Shown here: positions 1 through 9,081 of the stretch, piece by piece
How positions within the stretch are numbered: position 1 is the first letter of the stretch
Layout: each line of letters starts with the position of its first letter
From: Deltaproteobacteria bacterium
GTDB taxonomy: Bacteria; Desulfobacterota; GWC2-55-46; JAJCZF01
Length of the DNA: 64,000 bases
Direction of reading: 5' to 3'
NCBI GenBank assembly: GCA_029262535.1
Contig: JAJCZF010000082.1
Span: 31,270 to 95,269, forward strand
The notes under the pieces: model-generated
Databases searched by the model: none
The model's input: the letters and a program-made list of their open reading frames with translations, nothing else
What the model was told of the DNA's origin: nothing
Made by a program: the position numbers and the translations under genes

Positions 1-155
1 TCGGCCTGATTCAACTCTCTCTCAAAGGAAGAGGTATATCGAGAAAGTAAAGCCGCGTCGAGCGATTTAATATGCGAAGGGTAGTATGCCCAAAGAAGAA
101 ACACTACAAGAGCAACAAGACTCACCACTAAGAGGATAAGTCTTATGATATTCAT
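1..155 (-). CDS. hypothetical membrane-anchored protein, N-terminal part only (gene runs off the left edge)
   Basis: ATG at 155-153 with the frame open to position 1. Translation MNIIRLILLVVSLVALVVFLLWAYYPSHIKSLDAALLSRY... gives one hydrophobic helix. Below the ORF-track size cutoff; no family recognised. Confidence 0.3.
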   Translation of the reverse strand, partial: MNIIRLILLVVSLVALVVFLLWAYYPSHIKSLDAALLSRYTSSFERELNQA

Positions 156-400
156 GGCGAATTTAAGTCTTGTTCTACGCATACACATTCCTACCGTAAA
201 GACCGTTAACGGGACTAACAAGAGCGCTAAGTGGCTCGGAGACCGTGTGGTCCCGAGGAGAAGAAACCCTTGATCTTGGAAAAATATTCCTGTAAAATAT
301 TGAATAGTTAATAATGTATCATGCTAAAAATAACGATAAATATCATAACACTTTTCCTTATAAATTAGTACATTATCTTACCTGTAGCAATGGAGTTATA

Positions 401-1600
401 ATGAAAATTCATGCAATTTTAATTCTTATTTTATTTACCTGCATACCGTCAGCTTTTGCGGCAGATGGCAATATATCTCCGCCCGAATCAGGCAAAGGAA
501 TTATCGTTCAAAAAAATGATGGCTCTCCCCTGCACTTCATACCGTGGGTCTCCGAGCATACCGTCAACAAGGCCATAATATCACTTAGGAAACCCGGAGG
601 CGGCGTCATATTCTTTACGCCAGGCACCTATGTGATACGACAGGGAATCACAATACCTAAAGTAAACAATATTAGCCTGATTGGCGGACAGAGGGTCCGG
701 CTGGTCTTTCCAAGTTTACCAAAACGCTTCCCGGCCCTCGTAAAAGAGGCCCGAAAAGGTGATCCGGCCCTTTTCATGGATGATACAAGCTCTTTTGTAG
801 AAGGCTCCTACTACCAGTTATACACAATAGGCAAGAAAGAGGTCCGAGTTCTGGAGTTTTATACGAAGAAAATCGAAAAGGATCGAATAATACTAAGAAA
901 GCCCGTATATTTCATGCAACACGTAAAGTCCATACCTGTCGGCTCTATCGCGCTTGAACGCCTTAACTTTTTCAACCTGGGCAATTCAAGCGAAATCTTG
1001 ATTCAGGGTTTTGAAATGGACGGCCTTGGGCGTGGGCCGGTAGAGGGCCATACACTGTACTCGGGTATACTTAGTAGAAATCGTTACAACCCAGAGAGTA
1101 AAGAAAAGAGTTCAAGTGTCAACGGCATATATGTCATAAATAACACCTTTAAAAATCTACAGGGGCGCGCTGCAGCCTTTTACGGCGCATCCGGCGTACT
1201 TTTCGAATCAAACACGCTGACCAATATCACTGCCGAGGGGGTGGAGATAGACCACTTTTCATCAGGACGCGTAATAGGAAACAATATCTATAATGCTAGG
1301 TCAGCAATCGTACTGAACGACGCCTACAAAACCCAGGTTCAAAGAAATATTGTCGAAAATAGCGTCTGTGGAGTTTCGTTCACTTCACACTACGACAAAC
1401 CATGGGTAAATACGGATAACATCGTCTCAAACAATATTTTCTCAGGTATAAAGGCGGGCGGCGTCTGCATTAACAAGGAGGCTCACGACAACAACGTCTC
1501 TAATAACATCACCTTCGGTAATGCCGAACCGGTCAGAGATCAATCGGGAAAGAACCGAGTATTTAACAACAAGTCCCTTAAACCGGGAAATGTAAGATAA
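401..1600 (+). CDS. secreted right-handed parallel beta-helix repeat protein (pectate-lyase/NosD-like fold; possible glycan lyase or epimerase)
   Basis: Track ORF 314-1600. The internal ATG at 401 yields a signal peptide MKIHAILILILFTCIPSAFA/ADG. Repeated short N/G-rich rungs are present (VINNTFKNL, FESNTLTNI, IGNNIYNA, VQRNIVENS, VSNNIFSG, VSNNITFG). Confidence 0.6.
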   Translation: MKIHAILILILFTCIPSAFAADGNISPPESGKGIIVQKNDGSPLHFIPWVSEHTVNKAIISLRKPGGGVIFFTPGTYVIRQGITIPKVNNISLIGGQRVRLVFPSLPKRFPALVKEARKGDPALFMDDTSSFVEGSYYQLYTIGKKEVRVLEFYTKKIEKDRIILRKPVYFMQHVKSIPVGSIALERLNFFNLGNSSEILIQGFEMDGLGRGPVEGHTLYSGILSRNRYNPESKEKSSSVNGIYVINNTFKNLQGRAAAFYGASGVLFESNTLTNITAEGVEIDHFSSGRVIGNNIYNARSAIVLNDAYKTQVQRNIVENSVCGVSFTSHYDKPWVNTDNIVSNNIFSGIKAGGVCINKEAHDNNVSNNITFGNAEPVRDQSGKNRVFNNKSLKPGNVR

Positions 1601-1619
1601 TGAACATGGAAAGCCGGCC

Positions 1620-2384
1620 CTAATTATTAAATAATTTTTGAAAAAAGCCCTTCTTCTCCTTATCCTTCTCAACAGGCGGCGGGAGGGATCTACATTTTCT
1701 CAAGACGACAATATCCTGCATATTCATGGCCCCGTCGCCAATATATTCCAGTACGGTAAAATATTCGCCGTATACGCGCCGCGTATACTCTTCAGTCTGG
1801 AAGGTTCCCCTATAGTAGTCTTTCGGAGCCACGCCGTCGAGGATGCCATCTTTCAACTCGTCATTAATGCCCTTTTTCACGCAATCCCTGAGCGCCTCGG
1901 GCGAAAGGAGGCGGTCCATGGCGAATTCGCCGTGAAGAGTGGCGATAAAGATACCGCCGGGAGCCATGATACGGTTAACCTCCCTCATCCAGTCAAGCTG
2001 TAGCTCCTTGGTCAGGTGAGTAAGCACGGAGAAACCGAAGACCAGGTCAAAACTGCCATCCGGATAAGGTGTGGGAGGGTATGGCGAAATACAGTCAAAG
2101 CTCTCATCGGGAAAGTGCTCCTTACACCACTTGATAGCCTCCTTATCGATATCGCAACCGTAGATACCTGGGATCATGCCAATACCCTTTATAAGGGGCA
2201 TGAGCCTGCCGCACCCGCAGCCCCAGTCCATCACGCTCTTTATTTGCGATGGCTCCTTATACCTGCGAGTAATCTTCCAGAAATCACAAAATGTTCTAAA
2301 AGCCAGGGCGCGGAAGAAGGAATTATCGCTCGCATGGGCCACGCGCTCCATCAAGTGCGTTGGGAACTCAACTTCATCAGCCAT
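1620..2384 (-). CDS. class I SAM-dependent methyltransferase
   Basis: Motif I VMDWGCGCGRL, then GCDID, DLVFGFSVLTHL and PGGIFIATLHG. Last gene of the minus-strand glycan operon. Confidence 0.75.
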   Translation of the reverse strand: MADEVEFPTHLMERVAHASDNSFFRALAFRTFCDFWKITRRYKEPSQIKSVMDWGCGCGRLMPLIKGIGMIPGIYGCDIDKEAIKWCKEHFPDESFDCISPYPPTPYPDGSFDLVFGFSVLTHLTKELQLDWMREVNRIMAPGGIFIATLHGEFAMDRLLSPEALRDCVKKGINDELKDGILDGVAPKDYYRGTFQTEEYTRRVYGEYFTVLEYIGDGAMNMQDIVVLRKCRSLPPPVEKDKEKKGFFQKLFNN

Positions 2385-2509
2385 CTGTCGAACCTCGCAT
2401 AAGTTATCTATTCTTTATTACATGGTCATGGCGAGAACCCATAAAGACCTATGAGCTCTAGCTTCTATAGTGCGTAGGTAAAACACGTTTGGCAAGGCGT
2501 AATATTCGA

Positions 2510-3638
2510 CTAGCGACGGAGCGCCTTCTTATAGGCGTCTAGGTCTATGCGAAGTTTGTGAATATGTCTTTCGACTACCTCGACCATGACAATATCGGAA
2601 GCCCTGAGGTACTCTGCATACTCGGGCCTGTGGAGATCTACCTTATAAGACCACAAGACGTCGCTCTTAGTAAATGCGCTCTTCATATAGAGCAAAGGGT
2701 CAGTTAAAAATGAGTCCCTGTATATAAGCGCCCTCGGAAGGATAATATTTTCGGGGTAGTAGGTTGAAGCAAATTCGTAAGAAATATGGGAGCCCTTCGA
2801 TTCCGGCAAAACTTTCGTCGTAACTTTCTCATGGTATGACTTTGGATCGAAAGTTGATACCGCTTGTTAAACCGAGGTCTCCAATCATCCTCTCAAGGCC
2901 GCCCTTACGCTTACGTATAGGAAAATCATCCTCCAGCCTGAAAAAGTTTTCCCACGACTCCGGGGAGATACGCTGTAACAGCGCCTTGGACGCCAGCTCG
3001 GCCCCTCTAATATTCCAGTGTGTATCTGCCTTGAAATATATGGGCTCACCACTTGACTTCGCATCGAGGAGAAGGGTGTCGAGCCGCACAAAGCCCTTGA
3101 TGGGGAAATATCTCAACGCCTCAAGAAAGAGGTCGTATTGTGACTTGCCGCAACGTGATAGAGGCAACGGCTTAGGGAAATACTCCGGATAGATAGTTGC
3201 CTTGTTCGGAGCTACAGTCAGCACTAACATCTTGCCGGCCCTCTCAAGCTCTCTCTCAAGCATCTGCAGGCGTTTTACAGTCGTAATGACGGCCCTGGCC
3301 CTTCTTTCACAACTCTGCGTATGGTAGTTAAGGATAGTGTAATTATAAAAGAGCCAACCGTCCTTTCCGATAAGAACCTTATTGGTAGGAGAGGTTCTGA
3401 AGATATGGAAGTCAATCCACTTTTTGGCACTGATCAAGGGGGCGCGAATAGAAAAATTATCATTAAAATAGCTCTCGAACTCCTGAATAAACTCTCCATT
3501 AAAGAGCCTGTCAACGGAAAAATCCGGCATGGAGGCCGATGCGCGATTCTCGGAGTCGTCACTGCCTACGCCGACGATAAGGCCCGTAGGGTGGACGGTG
3601 AAAAGAAGGAGAAATAATATTATGATAAAATTACGCAT
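2510..3638 (-). pseudogene. AlgJ/AlgX-type (DHHW/SGNH-like) periplasmic O-acetyltransferase component, split by a frameshift into 269-aa and 99-aa ORFs
   Basis: The 269-aa ORF (2829-3638) has a signal/anchor MRNFIIILFLLLFTV and the family motif FKADTHWNIRGA. The downstream 99-aa ORF (2510-2809, TTG start) carries the expected C-terminal blocks (ALIYRDSFLTDP, DIVMVEVVERHI). Its frame is open upstream to about 2868 and overlaps the end of the first ORF, so one frameshift between about 2829 and 2868 separates two halves of one gene. Confidence 0.6.
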
Positions 3639-3644
3639 AAAAAC

Positions 3645-5067
3645 CTAAAACTGAAAATATATAAAAGGGTTATAAGAGCCGCTTGCAAGCAGCGCAATCG
3701 AATAAATAACCATGACCATCAGACCACAAACCTTAAGGCGCCCCGCAGTGGTTGCGGTGGTATCGGTAAATAAGGCTGCGCCCGAGAAGGTCCGGGGCAG
3801 AAATATAACAGCGGCCGATATTATCAAAAAGGTCAGGTTGCGCGGGTTGAGCGCCATAAAGAGTTCAAACGGAAGCGGCTTTAACGAGGGTACGAACATG
3901 GCACTTAGATAGTCAATGGCGTATGCCATATCCGGACTCCTGAAAAAGACCCATGCGATTAAGACCAAAAGAAAGGTCACGCTGCGGCGAAGCGCTACGT
4001 AACTCGCCTCCCCGGTCTTACCGAGACCAGTCATGCGCTCGAATATGAGAATAAGGCCGTGGTAGAGCCCCCACACTATGAATGTCCAATTAGCGCCGTG
4101 CCAAAGACCGCAGAGAATAAATACGACACCCAGGTTGAAATATAAACGCGCCCTGCCCTGACGGTTCCCTCCTAGCGGTATGTAGAGGTAATCACGGAAA
4201 AAATTGGAGAGTGTGATATGCCATCTCCTCCAGAAATCGGTTATGCTTATAGCCGAATAGGGGCGTTTAAAGTTTTCCGGAAAGTGAAAGCCGAATATAC
4301 GTCCTAGACCGATTGCCATATCCGAATATGCCGAGAAGTCGAAATATATCTGGAGCGTATAGGCCATGATGCCTAGCCAGGAGGAAAAGCTGTCGAGCTC
4401 CGACGGGCCCATACCAAATACGGTGTCCGCAACCATGCCACAGGTATTGGCCAAAACTACCTTCTTTACCAAGCCGAGCGAAAAACGCAAAAGCCCTTCG
4501 TAGAAACCGTCTAGCGTCTCCTTCCTGTCGTGAAGCTCCCTGCTTATCTCATTGTACCTAACGATCGGTCCGGCAATGAGCTGAGGAAACATCGCCACAT
4601 AGAGAGCGAAGTCCACAAATTTCGTAAGGGCCTTTCTGACTCCCCTGTAGACATCGACCACATAAGTAATCTTTTGGAATGTAAAAAATGATATGCCTAT
4701 GGGAAGCACGACGGCGGTCCATTGAATTAATTCGCCGCCCTCGCCACCAGCCAGAATGTCGTTAAACTCCGCCACAAAAAAGCTTGAATACTTGAAGTAG
4801 GCCAGTACCGCGAGATTCATCAATATCGAGATAAAGAGCCAAAACTTTCAATTGGAACCGACGCTTCTTGAGAGGAGCAGGGCGAGGATAAAGTTCCCAA
4901 CCGTGGAGAGAAAAAGAATAAGCAAAAATGATCCGCTCCCCCAGAAGTAAAAGAGATAACTAGAGGCCAGAAGAAGCAGGTTGCGATACGGTCTCGGGGA
5001 TAGAAAATATATACCCAGAACAACCGGTAAAAAGAGAAATAAAAAAAGTTAAGGTGCTAAAAACCAT
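3645..5067 (-). pseudogene. MBOAT family O-acyltransferase (AlgI/DltB-like), N-terminus disrupted by one frameshift and one in-frame TGA
   Basis: Track ORF 3645-4823 has the MBOAT core (FWRRWHITLSNFFRDYLYIPLGGNR, GLWHGANW). Upstream in the same frame lies ...PVVLGIYFLSPRPYRNLLLLASSYLFYFWGSGSFLLILFLSTVGNFILALLLSRSVGSN-TGA(4848-4850)-KFWLFISILMNLAVLAYFKY. The canonical N-terminus MVFSTLTFF starts at ATG 5067-5065 in another frame, and the shift falls in the A7 run at 5041-5047. The reconstructed length of about 474 aa is typical of AlgI. Confidence 0.7.
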
Positions 5068-5119
5068 ATAATACTATGTTTCTATGATTTGAGGAGCTAG
5101 CGCTAAACAAAGCGACTCC

Positions 5120-6373
5120 TTACTTAAAAGGCCATTCGCCCATGGAATATTTACCTGCAAGGAACGATAGTCTGTCGTTTATAGACTCACCCACTACCTT
5201 CTCGTTAAGTGTTCTCTTTATATAATCGCTCGCCTCTCGGCCGATGCGTTCGCCAAGAGCGCGGTCTTCATATACGAGGCGCATAGTCTCGGCCGCGTGG
5301 TCACGGTCGGCCTCGGCCCAGTGATTGCCTTTCTTATAAGGGCCGTAGTCCCTCTCAAGTTCCACCAGTTTATATCTTAGCGGAAAGCTATTATTGACAT
5401 CCATAAAGTCCGTATTGCCCGAATAGGCAGTGGCGATGACCGGCTTACCAAGATACATACTCTCGGCAAGCGTAAGTCCGAAACCCTCGCTCCTATGCAT
5501 TGAGACGTACGCGTCAGTTGCCTTAATAAGAGAGTACAACTCATCCCTGTCTAAATAGCGGTCCATCTGCACGACGTTAGCTCCCTTGGCGGCCTTGATG
5601 AGTTCATCTCTCGCGTCAGGGTTTTTTTCTGAATTTGTGCATTTAAGCAAGAGCATAACATCCTTGCTACTCCCAAAGGCCGCCTTAAAGCTCTCGACAA
5701 GAGCAATCGGATTTTTCCTCTCTATCACGCTATAAAAATCGAACATAAAGAAGAAAATAAAGACCCCTTCAGGCAATTTGAAGTGGCCCCTGTCGTATTC
5801 TCTTTCTATATTAATCTCAACCGAATGCGGCACTCTGAAGAGAGGCACGCTTGAATGTCTCGTAAAAGTCTCCACACAAAACCTGCTCGGGGTCCATATT
5901 TCCTTGAAAAATCTGTAACTCTCTTCCCATTCTTCAGGAAAGCGGTCGAGCTCCCATACCCAGAAGCCTATATTAAATCTCTTCTTGAAATATGCAAAAC
6001 CCTTCTGCTCTACATTGTGTCGAACGGCGTCGGCATTAAGATGAACAAGGTTGAAACAGTAAGGGTTGCCCCCTGTAAACTTTGCAAAAGTCTTGTCGTC
6101 CTGCCTCGACGCATTTATAATATTTGAGAGTTCATAAGGGATACCCATGCGTTCTATCGGAAGTATCAGAGACCTTACAGCCTGCCCAATACCGCTCTCC
6201 GCCTGTATAGTTCCCATAATATTTGCGCCGGGTTTGCCTTCTATCACACCCTCTCCAATAGAGCTGAGAATATCACCGGCCTTATCTACCTGCTCCCTGT
6301 CAAGCTCGGCCCGGTCTTTGCCAGTCAGGATAGATATGATCTTTTTCATAATATTCAGGAGGCGTCTATTCAT
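5120..6373 (-). CDS. GT4-family (GT-B) glycosyltransferase
   Basis: C-terminal retaining-GT signature HRSEGFGLTLAESMYLGKPVIATAYSGNTDFM (E-x7-E). Confidence 0.8.
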   Translation of the reverse strand: MNRRLLNIMKKIISILTGKDRAELDREQVDKAGDILSSIGEGVIEGKPGANIMGTIQAESGIGQAVRSLILPIERMGIPYELSNIINASRQDDKTFAKFTGGNPYCFNLVHLNADAVRHNVEQKGFAYFKKRFNIGFWVWELDRFPEEWEESYRFFKEIWTPSRFCVETFTRHSSVPLFRVPHSVEINIEREYDRGHFKLPEGVFIFFFMFDFYSVIERKNPIALVESFKAAFGSSKDVMLLLKCTNSEKNPDARDELIKAAKGANVVQMDRYLDRDELYSLIKATDAYVSMHRSEGFGLTLAESMYLGKPVIATAYSGNTDFMDVNNSFPLRYKLVELERDYGPYKKGNHWAEADRDHAAETMRLVYEDRALGERIGREASDYIKRTLNEKVVGESINDRLSFLAGKYSMGEWPFK

Positions 6374-6387
6374 AAATATTCCTCATT

Positions 6388-9081
6388 TCACTCCGCCTCA
6401 AATTCATAAGGCGAAGGCGTTCTATCATTACCGCAAAACAAGAGTAGTCTCACGGCGGCTCCAAAGACCTTTTCGGGCCAAAGCATTTTTAAACATTTAA
6501 GATCCATATCGCACTCCGAGACCTTTGTCTTGTCACAGGGCGCGCATTGTAGCGCCATATTTACCACCAGGCTATTCTCTGAGTTAGGGCTTGCTGCCGA
6601 CGGGCTCTTTCTACCTGAAAACACAGTAAGGGTTGGCACCGACAGTAGCGCCGCTACATATGCAGGCCAGTAGTTATTTCCAATAAAAATATCACATCGC
6701 GCAACTGCCTCTATATATTCACTTTCTTCGATACCGGAGTCAAACCACTCTACAACGGCCCCATAACGAGATGAGAACAGTTTGCTCAAGCGCTCAAAGT
6801 GTTCTTCAGGCCACTTGTCTATCTCGTCTGCGGCCTCGATAGATATACCGATACGAAGAGAGCCGTCACCACTAACCCTTTGCGCGTGCAAGTCCGGGCC
6901 CATCTCGCTAATCTCTTCGATGGAATACCTCCTCCCTACAGGGCCTAGTCTTTCTAGCTCTGCATCGCCCCCCTCGTAATAGGCCACTACCACGGGTCTC
7001 GTGTTAATGCCAAAATTATCCGAGTCGAGTGTCAGGTTAGGATTGTAGTAGTGATCGCCACTCTCTATCACAGCCCGCCAGCGATTATAATGAAATCTTG
7101 AATTATCGGTTATGTTAACTTCCCTGCTACTCCTTCGGCTTGCCGACTCCTTATGGAATATGATCGAGTAGGGTGTCCAGACGACAAGCAATCCCTCTTT
7201 GAGCGCTCTCAGGCAGAAGTCGATATCATTGCACTCAACCCTTAATTCTTCTTCGAGCCCTCCGAGCCTGAAAAATGTCTCTTTGGCTACCATCACATTT
7301 GCAAAAGTCACCGCAGAACAATTTCGCGTAAGATCCAGCAAGTTATGATAACTATAGCCATTGTCGGCCGAGAGGCGGAATGCGTGTCTCGTATAACCGC
7401 CGTAATCAACCAAGAAAACTCCACCGTGCTGAATGGTGCCATCTTCATAGAGCATCTTGGAGCCTACAACTCCCACACCCGAACGAGCCGCGTGCTCCAT
7501 CATCGATTCAATCCAATCGGGATTTATGACCTCGGTATCGTCGTTTAAGAAGATTAAGTATTCTCCTGTAGCATCGCACGCGCCCATATTATTCATATAT
7601 GAAAAATTAAATTTACCGTCATACTTTATAATACGTATCTCTACTCCCGGTACGAGCGCCCTCACCTCATCTGAAGGAAGCCTGCCACGGCTGTTATCAA
7701 CAATAACCAGCTCATAGTTTTCATATGTGCTTTTTTCAGCAATGGAACGGACACATATCTTTATATTTTTTTCAGGGTTGGTATAGGCTGTAAGAATTAT
7801 AATAGATACCTTACTTCGGTCCGCTATATCCCTCTTTACGCGATAGTGTCCTGGCAGTTTGAGGGGGATAACACTTCCCTCTATATTTCTGCGCTCAAGA
7901 GCGCGCTCCAGAACGGCGGCATGTCCAACAGGTTCAGGGTCATGCGAAGTTGATAGACTATAAAGAGTCTTTGGGATATGGCCTATACCCGCGCACTGCT
8001 CAACGGCCCTCAAGAGCAGGTCATATGTAGCGGTTTCATCCGGAAAATTCGTAAAGCCTCCGATCCTCAAATAAAGAGAGTTGGAGATGAAGAAGGCGCG
8101 CCCTATGTAGTTAACACTTAATAAGAGGTCGGGGGACCATCCGGGTTTATAAAAGGGCTCTGTAAGCTTCCCGTCTTCAATACGATCTTCATCTGTATAG
8201 ATCAACTCCAATGAAGCATCAAGCGCAATCTTTAGCGCGACTTCAAAAAGTGTCGATGGTGAAATCATATCGCCTGCACGCATAAACAGAAGAAAATCTC
8301 CGTCTACTATAGTGCCGATATCTTTCAAAGAAGAGCAGTATCGAACGTCGCCTTCCTCTCCATAACTCTCCTCATTTTCAACGGCCTCTTTTGTAAAAAC
8401 GGTAATATTAAAATCTCCATAGGCCTGATTACGCAAAGATTCAACGGTATCGGAAACTGCTTCTAATGCATCTGCCGTAGCGGTAATAATTACGCTTATT
8501 ATGGGTCTTACGGCAAGAGACTCATACCTCTTTCGCATCCATGCGATCTCAACTTCTCCAGGTTTGACGATACTGTTATAGTTAGCATAAAGACTCACAT
8601 ATTCGATAGAGGACTTAAGAAGAAACTCTGCGCCGTCCGTTGCACGGGCCTTGAATGTTAACCTGTGAACGCCTGGAGAGGGCTTGAAATCAGGGGTCGC
8701 ACATATAAAAAAACGCGCGTTCGAGCTTCCCTTCATCTCAGGGTAAATTACATTTAAGTCAGGGCTTGCAAGATCGCACTTTATATCAGTCAAAAACTTA
8801 TCATCTAAATAGAGCGATAGGGTCTCTATGGAGCTTTCACAAAGAACCCAACCAGCGGCCTCAATGGAAGAGTCCATTAACTGGCGCGTATAGTCGCAGT
8901 TCATAAGGATTCCACTCTTAATCTGCTTTGACTTCTCAAAAAGTATCTCCGGATCCTTGCCAAGTATTTTAAAGGTTTCGGCGACCTTCTTTAAAGTCAG
9001 CATTCGTACAGTCATCACCGGATTCCTTATGGCGGCAACGACCAATCCACCAAAAGCTTTTAGTTTAACAAGGCCTGACAT
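6388..9081 (-). CDS. multi-domain glycosyltransferase (beta-sandwich-like module + degenerate GT2 + GT2 + C-terminal half of a GT9 heptosyltransferase-like domain); shorter paralog of the next gene
   Basis: GT2 block VSIIILTAYTNPEKNIKICVRSIAEKSTYENYELVIVDNS ... FLNDDTEVINPDW ... GSKMLYEDGTIQHGGVF. GT9 C-terminal half KWPEEHFERLSKLF ... CAPCDKTKVSECDMDLKCLKMLWPEKV. Collinear with residues about 560-1629 of the 1629-aa protein. Confidence 0.8.
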   Translation of the reverse strand: MSGLVKLKAFGGLVVAAIRNPVMTVRMLTLKKVAETFKILGKDPEILFEKSKQIKSGILMNCDYTRQLMDSSIEAAGWVLCESSIETLSLYLDDKFLTDIKCDLASPDLNVIYPEMKGSSNARFFICATPDFKPSPGVHRLTFKARATDGAEFLLKSSIEYVSLYANYNSIVKPGEVEIAWMRKRYESLAVRPIISVIITATADALEAVSDTVESLRNQAYGDFNITVFTKEAVENEESYGEEGDVRYCSSLKDIGTIVDGDFLLFMRAGDMISPSTLFEVALKIALDASLELIYTDEDRIEDGKLTEPFYKPGWSPDLLLSVNYIGRAFFISNSLYLRIGGFTNFPDETATYDLLLRAVEQCAGIGHIPKTLYSLSTSHDPEPVGHAAVLERALERRNIEGSVIPLKLPGHYRVKRDIADRSKVSIIILTAYTNPEKNIKICVRSIAEKSTYENYELVIVDNSRGRLPSDEVRALVPGVEIRIIKYDGKFNFSYMNNMGACDATGEYLIFLNDDTEVINPDWIESMMEHAARSGVGVVGSKMLYEDGTIQHGGVFLVDYGGYTRHAFRLSADNGYSYHNLLDLTRNCSAVTFANVMVAKETFFRLGGLEEELRVECNDIDFCLRALKEGLLVVWTPYSIIFHKESASRRSSREVNITDNSRFHYNRWRAVIESGDHYYNPNLTLDSDNFGINTRPVVVAYYEGGDAELERLGPVGRRYSIEEISEMGPDLHAQRVSGDGSLRIGISIEAADEIDKWPEEHFERLSKLFSSRYGAVVEWFDSGIEESEYIEAVARCDIFIGNNYWPAYVAALLSVPTLTVFSGRKSPSAASPNSENSLVVNMALQCAPCDKTKVSECDMDLKCLKMLWPEKVFGAAVRLLLFCGNDRTPSPYEFEAE

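Noticed and set aside
4848-4850. In-frame TGA in the MBOAT gene as selenocysteine or reassigned codon
   Set aside because: TGA is used as a normal stop elsewhere in the window, for example in flaG copy 2 and the flagellin remnant ORF. I saw no hairpin resembling a bacterial SECIS directly downstream. The same gene also carries a frameshift, so a nonsense lesion is the simpler reading.
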